A stretch of 64,000 nt of DNA from an uncultured Rivularia sp. (lineage in GTDB: Bacteria > Cyanobacteriota > Cyanobacteriia > Cyanobacteriales > Nostocaceae), in contig OY762007.1 in assembly GCA_963665115.1 (NCBI GenBank), forward strand, positions 7,776,001-7,840,000, in the 5' to 3' direction. Of this stretch, positions 30,946 to 42,117 are shown one piece after another; the first letter of the stretch is position 1, and the number at the start of each line of letters is the position of its first letter. The notes under the pieces were generated by a model, which did not search any database, was not told where the DNA came from, and was given only the letters and a program-made list of their open reading frames with translations. The position numbers were made by a program, and so were the translations under genes.

Positions 30946-31147
30946 ATATTCTCTACTTAATTTACAGAACTATTTTAAGTCGATACATTATAAGCTAGCG
31001 AAATTTGTAATTACCATCAGTAAAACCGTCCCAGAACGTAATACTATTTACTAAAACCTGTTTTGAATCGATTCATCCACGTAGTCTGATTAGGAGTATA
31101 GTAACTAACTGTAACAAAAATAGTAAATATAAAATTCAAATTACTTT

Positions 31148-32320
31148 TTATTTTTCACTTAAACAATTTTTAACAATATCAAGAAAGCTATATCCATAAA
31201 TTTGAGTATCCGCTAAATTATTTTTTCTAGCTATTGCTTCCTGATTTACATCTGGTCCTGGTGTAAGATTTACCCACCATTGTTCTAAGATAGCAGCTAA
31301 ATTTTCAGGAGAATTAGGTTTAAAGAAAATGCTATCTGGAGGATTCTGCTCTCTATGAACGGAAATATCAGAAATAATAATAGGTTTACCTAAGCATCTA
31401 GCATCTTCAACAACAGTACTCCATCCTTCAAAAAGTGAAGGTTGAATAACCCCAAGCGAACATCGCATTAACTGAATTTGCTTTAAACGAGGAATCAGTC
31501 CTAATAAATAGACTTGCTTAGTTAAATTTAGTTGATTTATAGTTTGTAAAACTATATTTGAGTAGTTAGGTTCAAGAGGGTCGTTGATGCTACCAGTACA
31601 GACGATAACAGGATAAACTGATTTTTCTTGTAATAATTTTAAAGCTTTAAATATAATCAAATGATTTTTATGTTGCCAAAACTGGTTACTGATTAAGAAA
31701 AACTTTTTAGGGAGAAAATATTCTGCTTGAGTTTTTTCTGGTTCTGCACCATACCATGTAGACATTGGAAATGTTCTAAAAGATAATACCCGAGACTTAT
31801 ATGCATATTCCGGAAAATATTTATGGAAATCTGATTCGGCTGTTTTACTACTCAAAATAACTGTAGAAGAGTATTTTGCAGCACGTCTATATGCTTTTTC
31901 AAAATTATTTATTGTTTGCTTTGTAAATAATTGTGGTAAATGTTTATATTGAAAATCAGGAATCCAAGACGCTGAAGAATAAAGCTTTTTTAGAGGTAAG
32001 TAGTTCATGTCTGGGTATACAAAATCAATTTTGTTCTTCAAATAAAAAATACTTTTGAATATATGCCAATTAATAGTTTGATTAACATTTAATGGTTTAA
32101 GTGCCTCTTCTTTGTAATATATATTTTCTAAATGTGGCTGAATTGACTCGTATAAATTTTTATCGAGTGATTTGTTACAAATCAAGCAAATTTCAAAGGT
32201 TGACTTTACTTCTGGAGCTAAACTTGCTAATGCAAATACTATATTTTTGATGTATTCAGTACCACCCATCCAGGCAAGACCACCTTGCATAACTAAACCG
32301 ATTCTGATTTTTTTCTTCAT
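31148..32320 (-). CDS. Glycosyltransferase family 4
   Basis: WMGGTEY, WIPDFQ, NQFWQHKNH, PSLFEGWSTVVEDA; ATG at 32320 couples to the upstream stop. Confidence 0.9.
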   Translation of the reverse strand: MKKKIRIGLVMQGGLAWMGGTEYIKNIVFALASLAPEVKSTFEICLICNKSLDKNLYESIQPHLENIYYKEEALKPLNVNQTINWHIFKSIFYLKNKIDFVYPDMNYLPLKKLYSSASWIPDFQYKHLPQLFTKQTINNFEKAYRRAAKYSSTVILSSKTAESDFHKYFPEYAYKSRVLSFRTFPMSTWYGAEPEKTQAEYFLPKKFFLISNQFWQHKNHLIIFKALKLLQEKSVYPVIVCTGSINDPLEPNYSNIVLQTINQLNLTKQVYLLGLIPRLKQIQLMRCSLGVIQPSLFEGWSTVVEDARCLGKPIIISDISVHREQNPPDSIFFKPNSPENLAAILEQWWVNLTPGPDVNQEAIARKNNLADTQIYGYSFLDIVKNCLSEK

Positions 32321-33249
32321 ACTCCTACAAGCTCCGCTCGACACCAGTTTGCAAATGTTTTTATACCTTGTTCTAAAGGCACAGTAGCACTAAATCCTAA
32401 AGTGGCTAATTTTGATACATCAGCTTGCCAGTTAAGGGGTGTACCAACTGGAACAATACCATCAAATTCAGGAATGGCATCGTATTCTAGAACATTCAGA
32501 ATCATATTCGCTAATTCCAAAATCGTGACTTCACTGCCAGAAGCTAAGTTATAAACTTCTCCTTGCATCGAAGCAGAATTCGCTACCACCATTAATGCTT
32601 TAGCAATATCAAGTGCATGGATAAAATCACGACTTTCTTGTCCAGTCCCTTTCAAAGTTACAGTTTTTTGAGTAATGGCTTTTTGGCAAATATCCCAGAG
32701 AACCTGACGACGTAAACCAGGACCATAAGCAGAAAAAATCCGCATACTGGCTGTGGGTAAACCATAAACTTTGGTGAATTCTTGACACAACTGCTCGCTC
32801 TGTAATTTATGAAAGCCATAAGGAGAAAGAGGAGCTAAAGACTGCATTTCACTTACTGGTAATGATTCTGGATTGCCGTAAACTGCTGCACTAGATAAGT
32901 AAATAAACCTGCAATTAGGGGCGCTCAGACGTAAAGCGTTGAGAATTTCAAAAGTAATGGCTGTATTAGCGTAAAAATCAGGTAAAGGATCGGTAACTGA
33001 TAGACCGACAGAGGCACGACCAACGCAATGAATGCAAACATCGGGAGTATATTCTTGCAGTAAGCTATTCAATGCTGCATCTGGCAGTTGAAGACGCTGG
33101 TAAGTAGATAAGTTGGCAAGGGGCGCATTTTCAGGAGGAGAGTTGTCAATCCCGATAACAGACCAACCTTGCTCTGAGAAATAGCGGGCAACATAGCGAC
33201 CAATGAAGCCAGCGACTCCTGTTACTAGGATTGATTTTTGTTTTGTCAT
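32317..33249 (-). CDS. NAD-dependent nucleotide-sugar epimerase/dehydratase
   Basis: TGVAGFIG, SSAAVYG, YGFHK, RDFIH. Confidence 0.92.
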   Translation of the reverse strand: MTKQKSILVTGVAGFIGRYVARYFSEQGWSVIGIDNSPPENAPLANLSTYQRLQLPDAALNSLLQEYTPDVCIHCVGRASVGLSVTDPLPDFYANTAITFEILNALRLSAPNCRFIYLSSAAVYGNPESLPVSEMQSLAPLSPYGFHKLQSEQLCQEFTKVYGLPTASMRIFSAYGPGLRRQVLWDICQKAITQKTVTLKGTGQESRDFIHALDIAKALMVVANSASMQGEVYNLASGSEVTILELANMILNVLEYDAIPEFDGIVPVGTPLNWQADVSKLATLGFSATVPLEQGIKTFANWCRAELVGV

Positions 33250-34091
33250 CGCTGTTTAATTGCTAGAAATGTGTATAGACGACCAGGAGTATTTGACATA
33301 CGGGAAGCTAACCAGCCAAACAACTTTTGTGTATTTTGATTGAAAGCAACTTCATTAGCTAGTTTTTGACTCATAGTCGAAGCTAATTTTGATGCAATTT
33401 TGTCTTGGAATTCTTTTTGAGTTTGAGGTGCGTAATTAATTACGCTTTCGTAAGGAGCAAGTACATTCTTTAGCTTAAGTCCTGCTGTAGTAATAGCATA
33501 TTTATATTCTTGCAGTAAGTACGCATTTTCCCCTCCGTATAAAAAATGTAGAGAGTGAGATTCCAGAAATTGAGTTAAATCCTCTTTTCTTGAGATAACG
33601 TGTTCGCGAGTAGCGATAAATACTCCCCCAGGTTTCAACACTCTTGCTGCTTCTTGAGTCAGTTTCTTCAAATTATGAGCGTGATGAAGTAAAGCTCTTG
33701 CATAAACAATATCAAAAGTATTGTTTTCAAAGGGTAATGTTTCACCGTATTTTTCAACTACTTTAATTGGCAGTTTAGTAGTATCAATTAAAGATTGAAT
33801 TGCTTTGGTACCAACTAAATAACTAGGATCAGGCTCTAAAGCTGTCACCGAACATCCTGCTTTAGCAAATGCATAACTTGAAATTCCTCTACCAGCGCCA
33901 ATATCTAACACTACACCTGGGATGTTTTTTTTCAATAGATGCTTAACTGCTAGCCATTCTTCACTGTTACTAAATCTTTGGGCAGCTGACTCCAATGGAT
34001 CATCGTAATAACAATGACGTACAATTTCTTGTTTTTCTGGTTGTTCTCGTAACCATTGTACCGCTTCTTCCCAAGTTAACTTATCGTTCAT
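33246..34091 (-). CDS. Class I SAM-dependent methyltransferase
   Basis: [25 protein letters not shown]. Confidence 0.92.
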   Translation of the reverse strand: MNDKLTWEEAVQWLREQPEKQEIVRHCYYDDPLESAAQRFSNSEEWLAVKHLLKKNIPGVVLDIGAGRGISSYAFAKAGCSVTALEPDPSYLVGTKAIQSLIDTTKLPIKVVEKYGETLPFENNTFDIVYARALLHHAHNLKKLTQEAARVLKPGGVFIATREHVISRKEDLTQFLESHSLHFLYGGENAYLLQEYKYAITTAGLKLKNVLAPYESVINYAPQTQKEFQDKIASKLASTMSQKLANEVAFNQNTQKLFGWLASRMSNTPGRLYTFLAIKQR

Positions 34092-34662
34092 TTTCTGGTA
34101 TCTCCCGTATTATACGAGCTGGATTACCAGCAACAATTGCCCATGCTGGTACATCTTTTGTGACTACTGAACCTGCTCCAACTATTGCACCCTCGCCAAT
34201 TGTGACACCTTTGAGAATAATGGAATTGAATCCAATCCATACTTTGTTAGATATTTTGACAGGGGCAATTTTCACATTAGTCCAATCTTTCTTTCCTAAT
34301 CGCCAATTGACAACATCTTCTGAACGAAGTGAAAAAGATGTCGAGTGAGAATTATGGTCTACAATTGTTACATTCCAGGATATCATTACATCATCACCAA
34401 TCTCGATACTTTTAGCTGTAATTAGATTAGCATTCATAAATACTCGTTTGCCAATAGAAATAGAAGCATTTTCTTTATCAAAAATTAGAGATCCTGGCAC
34501 TTGGCTATGTTCGTCAATAGTTACCGAACAACCGGGTTTAAAAATCAATTTAGTAACTGCAAATTCTGAATTAGGGTGAACTTTGACAGTGGAAGGTAGC
34601 CTAGTTAGGTAAAGTGGAAAACATTTAAGTTTTTTATAAATTTTAGGAATAAGTCTTATCAT
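34081..34662 (-). CDS. Hexapeptide (LbH) O-acyltransferase
   Basis: [38 protein letters not shown]. Confidence 0.93.
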   Translation of the reverse strand: MIRLIPKIYKKLKCFPLYLTRLPSTVKVHPNSEFAVTKLIFKPGCSVTIDEHSQVPGSLIFDKENASISIGKRVFMNANLITAKSIEIGDDVMISWNVTIVDHNSHSTSFSLRSEDVVNWRLGKKDWTNVKIAPVKISNKVWIGFNSIILKGVTIGEGAIVGAGSVVTKDVPAWAIVAGNPARIIREIPENER

Positions 34663-34849
34663 CTCTATTTACATATTTAATTAATAAAATATTCAACAAA
34701 ACCAATAAAATATTGCTATTTAGTTTAAGATATTAATCATTTAAACAAGCCATAATATTTACTTATACCTACTATTCTTTTTGTCATTAAAGCCTCATGA
34801 ATAGAAAGATATTTACAAGGCTATTAAGTATTTAAAAAAGCTTCATTGT

Positions 34850-35491
34850 TCATAATTTCTTGACAATCTTACTTGGATTACCAGCCACGATTACCCTTTC
34901 AGGAATATCTTTGGTGACAACGGAACAGGCAGCAATGATAGAACCTTTGCCTATTTTAACTCCTTTAAGAACTGTAGAATTAAAACCTATCCATACATCA
35001 TCTTCTATTACAACTGGCTTAGACTCTATATCAAAGTTATTAACAGTAGGATGTCCACTAGACATAATCGCAATAAAATGCTGATATCTTAAAACGGGAT
35101 CGATTGAATGTGAGTTCGTATCATGAACGTTGACATTATGCGAAATAAAAACGCGATCGCCAATTTTTATTGAATCACTAGACCATATACGTGTGCCATC
35201 TCCTATATAGCAATCATTACCAATTTGTATTTTACCTCCATGAGGGAAAACTAGTAATTGACCTTTAATAACAGAGTCTTTTTCTATAGATATTAAGTTA
35301 GGATTTTTAGCTAGGTTATCTATAGTAGCATTTGCTAGTATTTTAACAGATTCATCCATTAAAGAATGTTTTTCAAATGCATTACGTCTTTCAAAGTTTA
35401 AGATTAAATTAATTATTTTGGTAAGTTGCATCGAACCGAGATTAACTATTTTTTTGGTCAGCGATGATAAAATTTTAGTTGGATAATTCAT
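34850..35491 (-). CDS. Hexapeptide (LbH) O-acyltransferase
   Basis: DTNSH, IEDDVWIG..GVKIGKGSIIAACSVVTKD..GNP. Confidence 0.93.
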   Translation of the reverse strand: MNYPTKILSSLTKKIVNLGSMQLTKIINLILNFERRNAFEKHSLMDESVKILANATIDNLAKNPNLISIEKDSVIKGQLLVFPHGGKIQIGNDCYIGDGTRIWSSDSIKIGDRVFISHNVNVHDTNSHSIDPVLRYQHFIAIMSSGHPTVNNFDIESKPVVIEDDVWIGFNSTVLKGVKIGKGSIIAACSVVTKDIPERVIVAGNPSKIVKKL

Positions 35492-35662
35492 ATATTCATA
35501 CTTTATTTTGAATGCTTGTATGTAATTTTTATTTAATAACCAAGAATAAAAAAAGTGTATATTGTATTTTAAATTTTAAAATATAAGCTTATAGGATTTT
35601 TAATCTTTCTATAAATTGTATGAATAAGTCTCATTATTTTATTGACATAATTCAAAAAACGT

Positions 35663-37024
35663 TCAATTATTAGTTGCCAATTTAAAGCTTCTCATCCTTT
35701 TAAATACACGAATTACAAATATAAATAAAGTTAGTGCAATTGTCACAGCAGTACCTAAACATATACCAGCAGTACCTAAATAATGAGCTAATAAAATTGA
35801 GATTATCAAATTAAAAATGCCCGAAGGTAGCCCTAGAATAGCTTGTATTCTTACTTCTCCTAATCCGTTTAAAAGTATAGCTAATGGCTGCATAAATCCT
35901 GTGATAATTGTGGTTAAGCACATAGCCCATAATAAACCTATTCCAGGAATAATATCCTGATTAACTAGTATTTTTATAGTGTTTTGCCCGAAGATTACTA
36001 AAAAGCCACTTGTTGGAATCAACCAGACCGTACCGATCCAAATAGAATACTTAAATGTTTTAATTACCCATTGATAATCCTGTCGGGCAATTGCTTCCGT
36101 ATATGCTGTCCAAAATGGAGATAAAAATGACATTTGAACTAGATTAATTAATCCAAATAACTTGAGAGTTACACCATACTTAGCGACCTCAACTGCGCCA
36201 AAAAATTGAGCGACTAGAATCAAATCTGTTTGAAGTAAAAGAATCGCTGAAATTTGAGCCAGCCAAAAATTAAATCCAATCTTGAGTAATGAAAATGCCT
36301 CATTCCATCTAAAGTAGACTAAACTTGGTTTTAGCCAAGGTCGCCTCCATATAAAAAGATGAATTGCAGAAAGCAAACTTCCTAAAAGAGAGGTTCCAAA
36401 ACCAACAGCGACCAAGACTGGCAAACTTGCTTTATAAATAATTGCGATAATTAATCCAATGATAGATAAAATGCTTGAAATGACTTCCCAGCTATTATAT
36501 AAATATCCTTCTTGATAAGCATGATAAATATTTGATGGAATGGATAGAATTAATCTAGATAAAAATAAAATTGCAACCACTATAACAGCTAAACCTGCCT
36601 CAGATTTGGCAACATCTGATGTGATATTAAATATTCTTGCCCAAGGAATAAACGGATATGAAATGTAAAATAATATTCCTAAAATTAAAGAAATATTGAC
36701 TGTCAACCAAAAGACACTTGATACAGCTATTTTAGCTTTCTCTCGCTCTTCCTTTCCATCAGCAGTTGCTAAAGCATTCTTTAAGCTATTGGCTAGACCA
36801 AAATCTGCCATACTAACCCAACTGAGGAATGTACTCAACATTAACCATAAACCAAAACGTTCTGCACCCAAATATTTTGCCGTTAATGGAATTGAAATTA
36901 AATTCATTCCCATTGATATCAATTTAATTGCCAAACTAGATGAACCAGTTAAGCCTGCTTTTATCAAGCGGCTTTGACTTCGATTAGATGGCTTTAATTT
37001 TAGAATGAGTCTTTTGATGAACAT
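35663..37024 (-). CDS. wzx: Wzx-like oligosaccharide flippase
   Basis: YLGAERFGLW, DFGLAN, QTDLIL, about 12 hydrophobic segments. Confidence 0.85.
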   Translation of the reverse strand: MFIKRLILKLKPSNRSQSRLIKAGLTGSSSLAIKLISMGMNLISIPLTAKYLGAERFGLWLMLSTFLSWVSMADFGLANSLKNALATADGKEEREKAKIAVSSVFWLTVNISLILGILFYISYPFIPWARIFNITSDVAKSEAGLAVIVVAILFLSRLILSIPSNIYHAYQEGYLYNSWEVISSILSIIGLIIAIIYKASLPVLVAVGFGTSLLGSLLSAIHLFIWRRPWLKPSLVYFRWNEAFSLLKIGFNFWLAQISAILLLQTDLILVAQFFGAVEVAKYGVTLKLFGLINLVQMSFLSPFWTAYTEAIARQDYQWVIKTFKYSIWIGTVWLIPTSGFLVIFGQNTIKILVNQDIIPGIGLLWAMCLTTIITGFMQPLAILLNGLGEVRIQAILGLPSGIFNLIISILLAHYLGTAGICLGTAVTIALTLFIFVIRVFKRMRSFKLATNN

Positions 37025-37364
37025 AATATTGATGCTTAATCTTTTCTGAAAAATTCAGAAAAGTATATTCTTTTTGTCAGTTGAGTACACATAATCTTGC
37101 TTAAAACAAATACTTATCTTCAAACCATAAAACTCAATTTACAAAGGTTTCCAATTATTTGAAAGGAGCAGAATTCATACTCATCTCTTGACACGAAAAT
37201 AATATAACAGAGCAAATTCAATAAATATGTCTCCTAGTTTATACTTAAGCAAAAAGTATTATTATTTATTGGAAGAATGGGGCCTGGGGCATTGATAATG
37301 TGGCGATCGCGCCTAGAGCATCCAACTTCCTCAAGATTCTAACCGGATTACTATATGTATCATG

Positions 37365-37414
37365 AGTCTACTTAAGTAGACTTGAACTATTAGCCTCGGA
37401 ATTGATTCCGAGGC
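37365..37414. repeat. Double-palindrome REP-like unit
   Basis: AGTCTACTTAAGTAGACT + spacer ending TAGCC + GCCTCGGAATTGATTCCGAGGC; same architecture as the cargo of the 15062 MITE. Confidence 0.65.
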
Positions 37415-37466
37415 GATTTTGACGGTTTATTGAGAATGTTAGAAATCAGGTGAGGTTTTGAAACAG

Positions 37467-38392
37467 TTAACTACCAAACCGTGTTAACAACTCCTCACGC
37501 TGTAGATTTGGCAACTGCAACAACAAAGAAGCATACTCTTGAGGAGGTAACTGCAACATCGGCTCAATAATCCCCGCCAACTGCTCATCTAACTCCCCAA
37601 ACCGCGCTTTGAGCAAATTTTCCACAACTTGACGCTGCCCTTGCTGCATTCCTCGAAGTTCGGTTTTTTGTTCCCATTCGGTTAGGAGCTTGTGATAATG
37701 TCATGATGAACTCCCTATCTTCTTGTTCAATTAAATTACTTGCTTCTATGCTAATCTTCCAAGTCGCGAATAGTTGTAAAATAGTAGAGCGTCTTGGATC
37801 GTCTTCATTAAAACCAATTACTTCATCAATAGCTTGCTGTAGAATTACTCCCTTACCGAATATTCTCAACCACAGAGTTTCTGGTGTTCTAGGTAATTTA
37901 TTAATAGCAATGACTGCTGTTCTTAAAACTTTTGGTAAAAAATAAATACCCGTTAACCAGTCTTCACTTTGAAAAGCACAAGCACTTGAAAGCAAATCAT
38001 CAGACGCAGAAGGAGTAATAATCCATAACCGTGGAAGTTCATCTTCTTTAACAGTTTCTTCCTCACGCTTGGCTTTGCGTTCAAAATCGGCAATTACATG
38101 AAATAATTTAGATAAACAACCCCCCTTTCATCCCCCCTTAATAAGGCGGGAAAGAGGGGGGTGAAGGCTTTGGTTGATTGCGAAAGGGTTCGATTAAACA
38201 CGGGAGAGTGGCAATTTCAGCCAGAATTCCTATATCTTGTGAATTTACGTTTGGTTGATTTGTTGGAGAAAACCAAATATCGATAAATTTTGGCTCTCCG
38301 GGAACTTCAAAATTTGTTTGCACCTCCCCCAAGGGAGCTAAAAAAGATTCAAAAAACTGCTTAGCGAATTGGTCAAAAGGAGTTCTGCCCAT
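37467..38392 (-). pseudogene. Cyanobacterial Rpn-like/DUF4351-type hypothetical gene, disrupted by a hairpin insertion (38119..38161) and a frameshift near 37685
   Basis: Three ORF pieces join into one protein: FDQFAKQF...EPFRNQP / CLSKLFHV...LPRLWIITP...LPRTPETLWLR / EWEQKT...RFGELDEQL. Confidence 0.75.
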
Positions 38393-38502
38393 TTAAATGC
38401 ACTCACTTGTATAGTCCAAGCGTACTACAAAAAGAGACAGTGTAGAGACGGGATTGTTTTGCAACGTCTCCCCATATTTCGCGGATGGGAGGATATTTAC
38501 AG

Positions 38503-38889
38503 CTACCATAACCTCTGAATAGGATAATTATCAAAAATCCTATCAATACTCACAATCGGTATTGCCTCTACAATCGCTTGAGCTATTAAAATTCTATCAA
38601 AAGGGTCTTTATGATGTGGTGGTAAATTATTTAAAGCGTAAATATGAGAAGTTTCAATAGATAACAGTTGCAATCCATTAGTTTGACATTGGCTTTCGAT
38701 TAATTCAGGTAAAGGCAAATTTAAAGTTAATTTACCAATTTGTAATTTAATTTGCATTTCCCAGATACTAGCAAGACTGAAAAATAAACTATTACTTTGG
38801 TCATCCAATAACTGATATACCGTTTCTGATAAATTACCAGGACTGATTGACCACCAAATTAATACATGAGTGTCTAACAAAACATTCAT
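38503..38889 (-). CDS. vapC: PIN-domain VapC toxin
   Basis: VLLDTHVLIW, SLASIWEMQIK, HHKDPFDRILIAQA, VSID. Confidence 0.93.
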   Translation of the reverse strand: MNVLLDTHVLIWWSISPGNLSETVYQLLDDQSNSLFFSLASIWEMQIKLQIGKLTLNLPLPELIESQCQTNGLQLLSIETSHIYALNNLPPHHKDPFDRILIAQAIVEAIPIVSIDRIFDNYPIQRLW

Positions 38890-39126
38890 TCTTCACCCAT
38901 CCAAAATTCATCAGGCAAAGGCTCATTAAAATCTTCGCTCATCCAGCCTTGACCCTTCATGCAAACCAAATATACGACGTTTTGGTTGTCCTTGATTTGA
39001 TTGGTGTTGAATGTATTTCTGTTCTAAGAACTCGATAAAATCTGCTACCTGCTGTTGTTGCTCTGGTGGTAAATTTTGCAGTCTGGAAACTAATCCTTCA
39101 GTTATATTAATTGTTTGGGAAGTCAT
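38886..39126 (-). CDS. DUF2281-type antitoxin (extra base at 38953-38955; corrected frame ends ...GQGWMSEDFNEPLPDEFWMGEE*)
   Basis: LPPEQQQQVADFIEFL; corrected stop overlaps the vapC ATG (ATGA). Confidence 0.85.
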
Positions 39127-39170
39127 GTTTCCCTCCAAGTTAGCGATTATAGATTAATATTACTATTTTA

Positions 39171-39297
39171 TTGGGTAACGCTAACGCTTAACCCAACCTA
39201 CACACTTAGGATAAAGGAAGATTCGTTCGTAGTTGGGACTTTAGTCCTAATATCAAGTATTTGTAGGTTGGGTTGAAGGTCATGAAACCCAACCTAC
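39171..39297. repeat. Cluster of REP-like palindromes (GTAGGTTGGG...CCCAACCTAC type twice, plus a CGTAG type)
   Basis: ttgggtaacg..aacccaacctac 39171-39201; gtaggttgggttga..aacccaacctac 39263-39297. Confidence 0.75.
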
Positions 39298-39301
39298 GGA
39301 C

Positions 39302-39394
39302 TGCAAAATCCAGCACTGTTTGTTGTTGCTCTGGTGGTAAGTTTTGCAGTTTGGCAACTAATGCTTCGGTTATATTCAATGTCTGGGAAGTCAT
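39302..39394 (-). pseudogene. 3'-truncated second copy of the DUF2281 antitoxin with duplicated upstream region
   Basis: MTSQTLNITEALVAKLQNLPPEQQQTVLDFA, then runs into the REP; upstream AAGTTAGCGATTATAGATTAATATTACTATTTTATTGGG identical in both copies. Confidence 0.85.
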
Positions 39395-39549
39395 GTTTCC
39401 CTTCAAGTTAGCGATTATAGATTAATATTACTATTTTATTGGGAATTGGAAATTGGGCATTGGATCGAAATGGCCGCAGGGGATAAGAGATAAGATAGCG
39501 ATCGCCACAAAGCCGCTCTTCTAAGCAACATTCTTTTAAACTATATATG

Positions 39550-39609
39550 GTGCGAATCATATCAGTACGACGAGCAAGAGACGAGGAGAGAAAATTATAT
39601 GAAAGCTGA
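39550..39609 (+). pseudogene. C-terminal remnant of a BrnT-family toxin
   Basis: VRIISVRRARDEERKLYES*, overlapping the antitoxin ATG at 39599. Confidence 0.75.
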
Positions 39610-39826
39610 AGAGTTTGATAAAAAATTCGATTCCGCACAGGAGGATATAACCGCTTATTTAGACATAAATACAATTCGTCGTCCGGGTTACGAGCAACGA
39701 CGAGTAAACGTAGATTTTCCTAGATGGATAATAGAAGCGCTCGATAAAGAAGCTGCACGAATCGGTGTAACTCGACAATCAATTATAAAAGTCTGGATTG
39801 CCGAGCGGCTCGAACAGCATAGTTAA
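39599..39826 (+). CDS. CopG/BrnA-type RHH antitoxin
   Basis: MKAEEFDKKFD...RRVNVDFPRWIIEALDKEAARIGVTRQSIIKVWIAERL. Confidence 0.88.
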   Translation: MKAEEFDKKFDSAQEDITAYLDINTIRRPGYEQRRVNVDFPRWIIEALDKEAARIGVTRQSIIKVWIAERLEQHS

Positions 39827-39917
39827 AATTGGGCCATTCGGGCATGGGGCATTGGGAGATACGGTGATGGGGAGACAAGGAGACAAGGGGAAAATAACTC
39901 CATCCGTTGCCAAACTC

Positions 39918-42117
39918 TTACCCAATCTCAACCTTAGTAATCTCCTCCGTATCAACTTTCCCATTCATCTCACCCGGATTCATTCCGTAATAACCCTTAG
40001 AGTAATAGTACCCGCCGTAACTATTATCAGCAGTGACACCATTAACTACCATGCCCAAAACTCGCTGACCAGATTGTTCTAACAACGACTTCGCAGCATT
40101 CACTGAGCCAGTATTAGCAACGCCGGGACGTACAACTAACAACATTCCATCTGCTAGTTTACCTATATTTAGAGCATCGGCAACGGCTGTCAAAGGTGGA
40201 GCATCAATAATTACAAAGTCATAATCTTTACTAGCATCTTTGACTAAATTAGCCATGCGCTGAGATTCTAACAAAGCTAAGGGATTTGGGGGAATTTTTC
40301 CACAGGTAAGCACGTCTAATGTTACCAGTGCTTCTGCTGTACTACCGTGTAAAGCTGCTTGTCCCACCAAGACATTGCTTAAGCCTATCATGTTGGGTAA
40401 ATCCCAAATATTTTGTTGGGTAGGACGACGCATATCTGCATCAATTAGCAATACTCGTTTTCCTAATTGGGCGATCGCAACAGCTAAGTTCGCTGAAACA
40501 AAGGATTTACCTTCACCCGGTATTGAACTGCTGACTACAATTACCTTTAATGCTTGATCGGATGCAGTGAAACTAAGATTTGTCTGAAGAATCTCAAAAG
40601 CATTAGTCGCGGGTGAATAAGGATTATTGAGTACGGGTAGTTCTTGTCTCTCTTTATCTTTTTCATCCACGCGAGGAATAGTACCCAGCAAGGGATAACC
40701 CAGGAGTTTCTTAGCTTCATCAAGGGTTTTGAGGGATTTATCCATTGCTTCGAGTATCAATGCCGTTCCCACACCTAGCAGAATTCCTAAAAAGCCACCT
40801 AAAGCTAAGTTTAGAGAAATTTTGGGTGAAATTGGATTATTGGGAACTAAAGCCGAAGCAATTACCCTGGCATTACCAACATTCTGCTTTTCAACTACCT
40901 GCGCTTCTTGTAATTGCTTTAATAATTGTTCGTAAGTTGATTGTGCTACCTGCAATCTTCGCTGTAACTGTCGCTGTTGTTGCTCTAATTTAGGTAAAAT
41001 TCTTAATCTTGCTTGGTTTGATATAAAAGCTTTTCTCAATAAACCGACTCGATTGGTTGCTGCTAACCGTTCAACCTCCGATCTTACTAGTTCCGCTGTC
41101 AGAGATTGCTTTAATTCACCAATTTGCAAATCTGGTTCTCTTACAGATACTCCATTACCGACAATTTGTCCGACTCGCCCTTCAAGCTGATTTCTCAAAG
41201 CTTGCAATTTCTGAGAAAGATTAATTACTGTTGGGTGTTTGTCAGTTAACTTAGTTCGCGCTACTGCTAACTCATCTTGCGTCTTCTGAAATTCTGTAAG
41301 TACCTGCTGTACCCCTGGCGATTGACTCAAACTTGATAGCGCTACCGCTTGCTGTGTCTGTAATTTTAACTGATTTTGCAAAGCCTCAGAGCGAGTCATT
41401 GCTTCCACTAATTTCGCTTGAGCTTGGGTAATATTCTCTGATAAACTGTTAAGACTTCCTACCCCAAGTTTGGCTTCTTCTTCCAAAGCCACTACGCCGT
41501 TTTGCTCTTTGAATTGACGCAAAGCTGCTTCTGCCTGTATTACTCTTGCCTCAACTTGTGGTACTTCTTTTTGCAGAAATTCCCGTGCCGCTCTGACTTC
41601 AGCAGTGTTGTTTTCAACGTTATTGTCTAGATAATCCCTCATCAAGGAATTTATCACATTTGCCGCTTCTTGGGGGTCGGTACTTTTATAAGAAAGCTGT
41701 AAGATATCAGTACCCCGGATACTATTAACCTTGAGTTTTGCAAGAACAGTTTCATGGCTGAGGGGTTCGCCTTCCTCATTTTTGAGATCGAGTTTGGTTA
41801 TAGTTTCTTTAATCAGAGGATAAGATTGGATCACCTCAGCTTCGGTGTCAAGGGGGTTTGAGTTTGCTATACCGCTAAGTTTCTCCAATTTGTCCTCCTA
41901 AACCTGAAAGAGAAGAAACATTATTATTTTTATTAAAACGTAATTTACCTTCTGCTTGATAAACTGGTTTTTGTCGAAAGGTGACGAAAGCAGCTAATCC
42001 AAGAACGGAGCTAGTTACAAGCAGTGCAGGCAACCAGCGTCTTTTGAGAATCAGCCAGTATTGTCCTAAATCAATATAGTCTTGCTCTTCTTGGTTCACT
42101 TGCATCTCATTTGTCAT
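39918..42117 (-). CDS. wzc: Wzc-type polysaccharide co-polymerase / tyrosine autokinase (split by +1 base at 41880-41882)
   Basis: N-terminal YIDLGQYWLILKRRW..PVYQAEGKL; coiled coils; SSIPGEGKS, IDADMRRP, IIDAPP; Tyr cluster YGGYYYSKGYYG. Confidence 0.93.
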
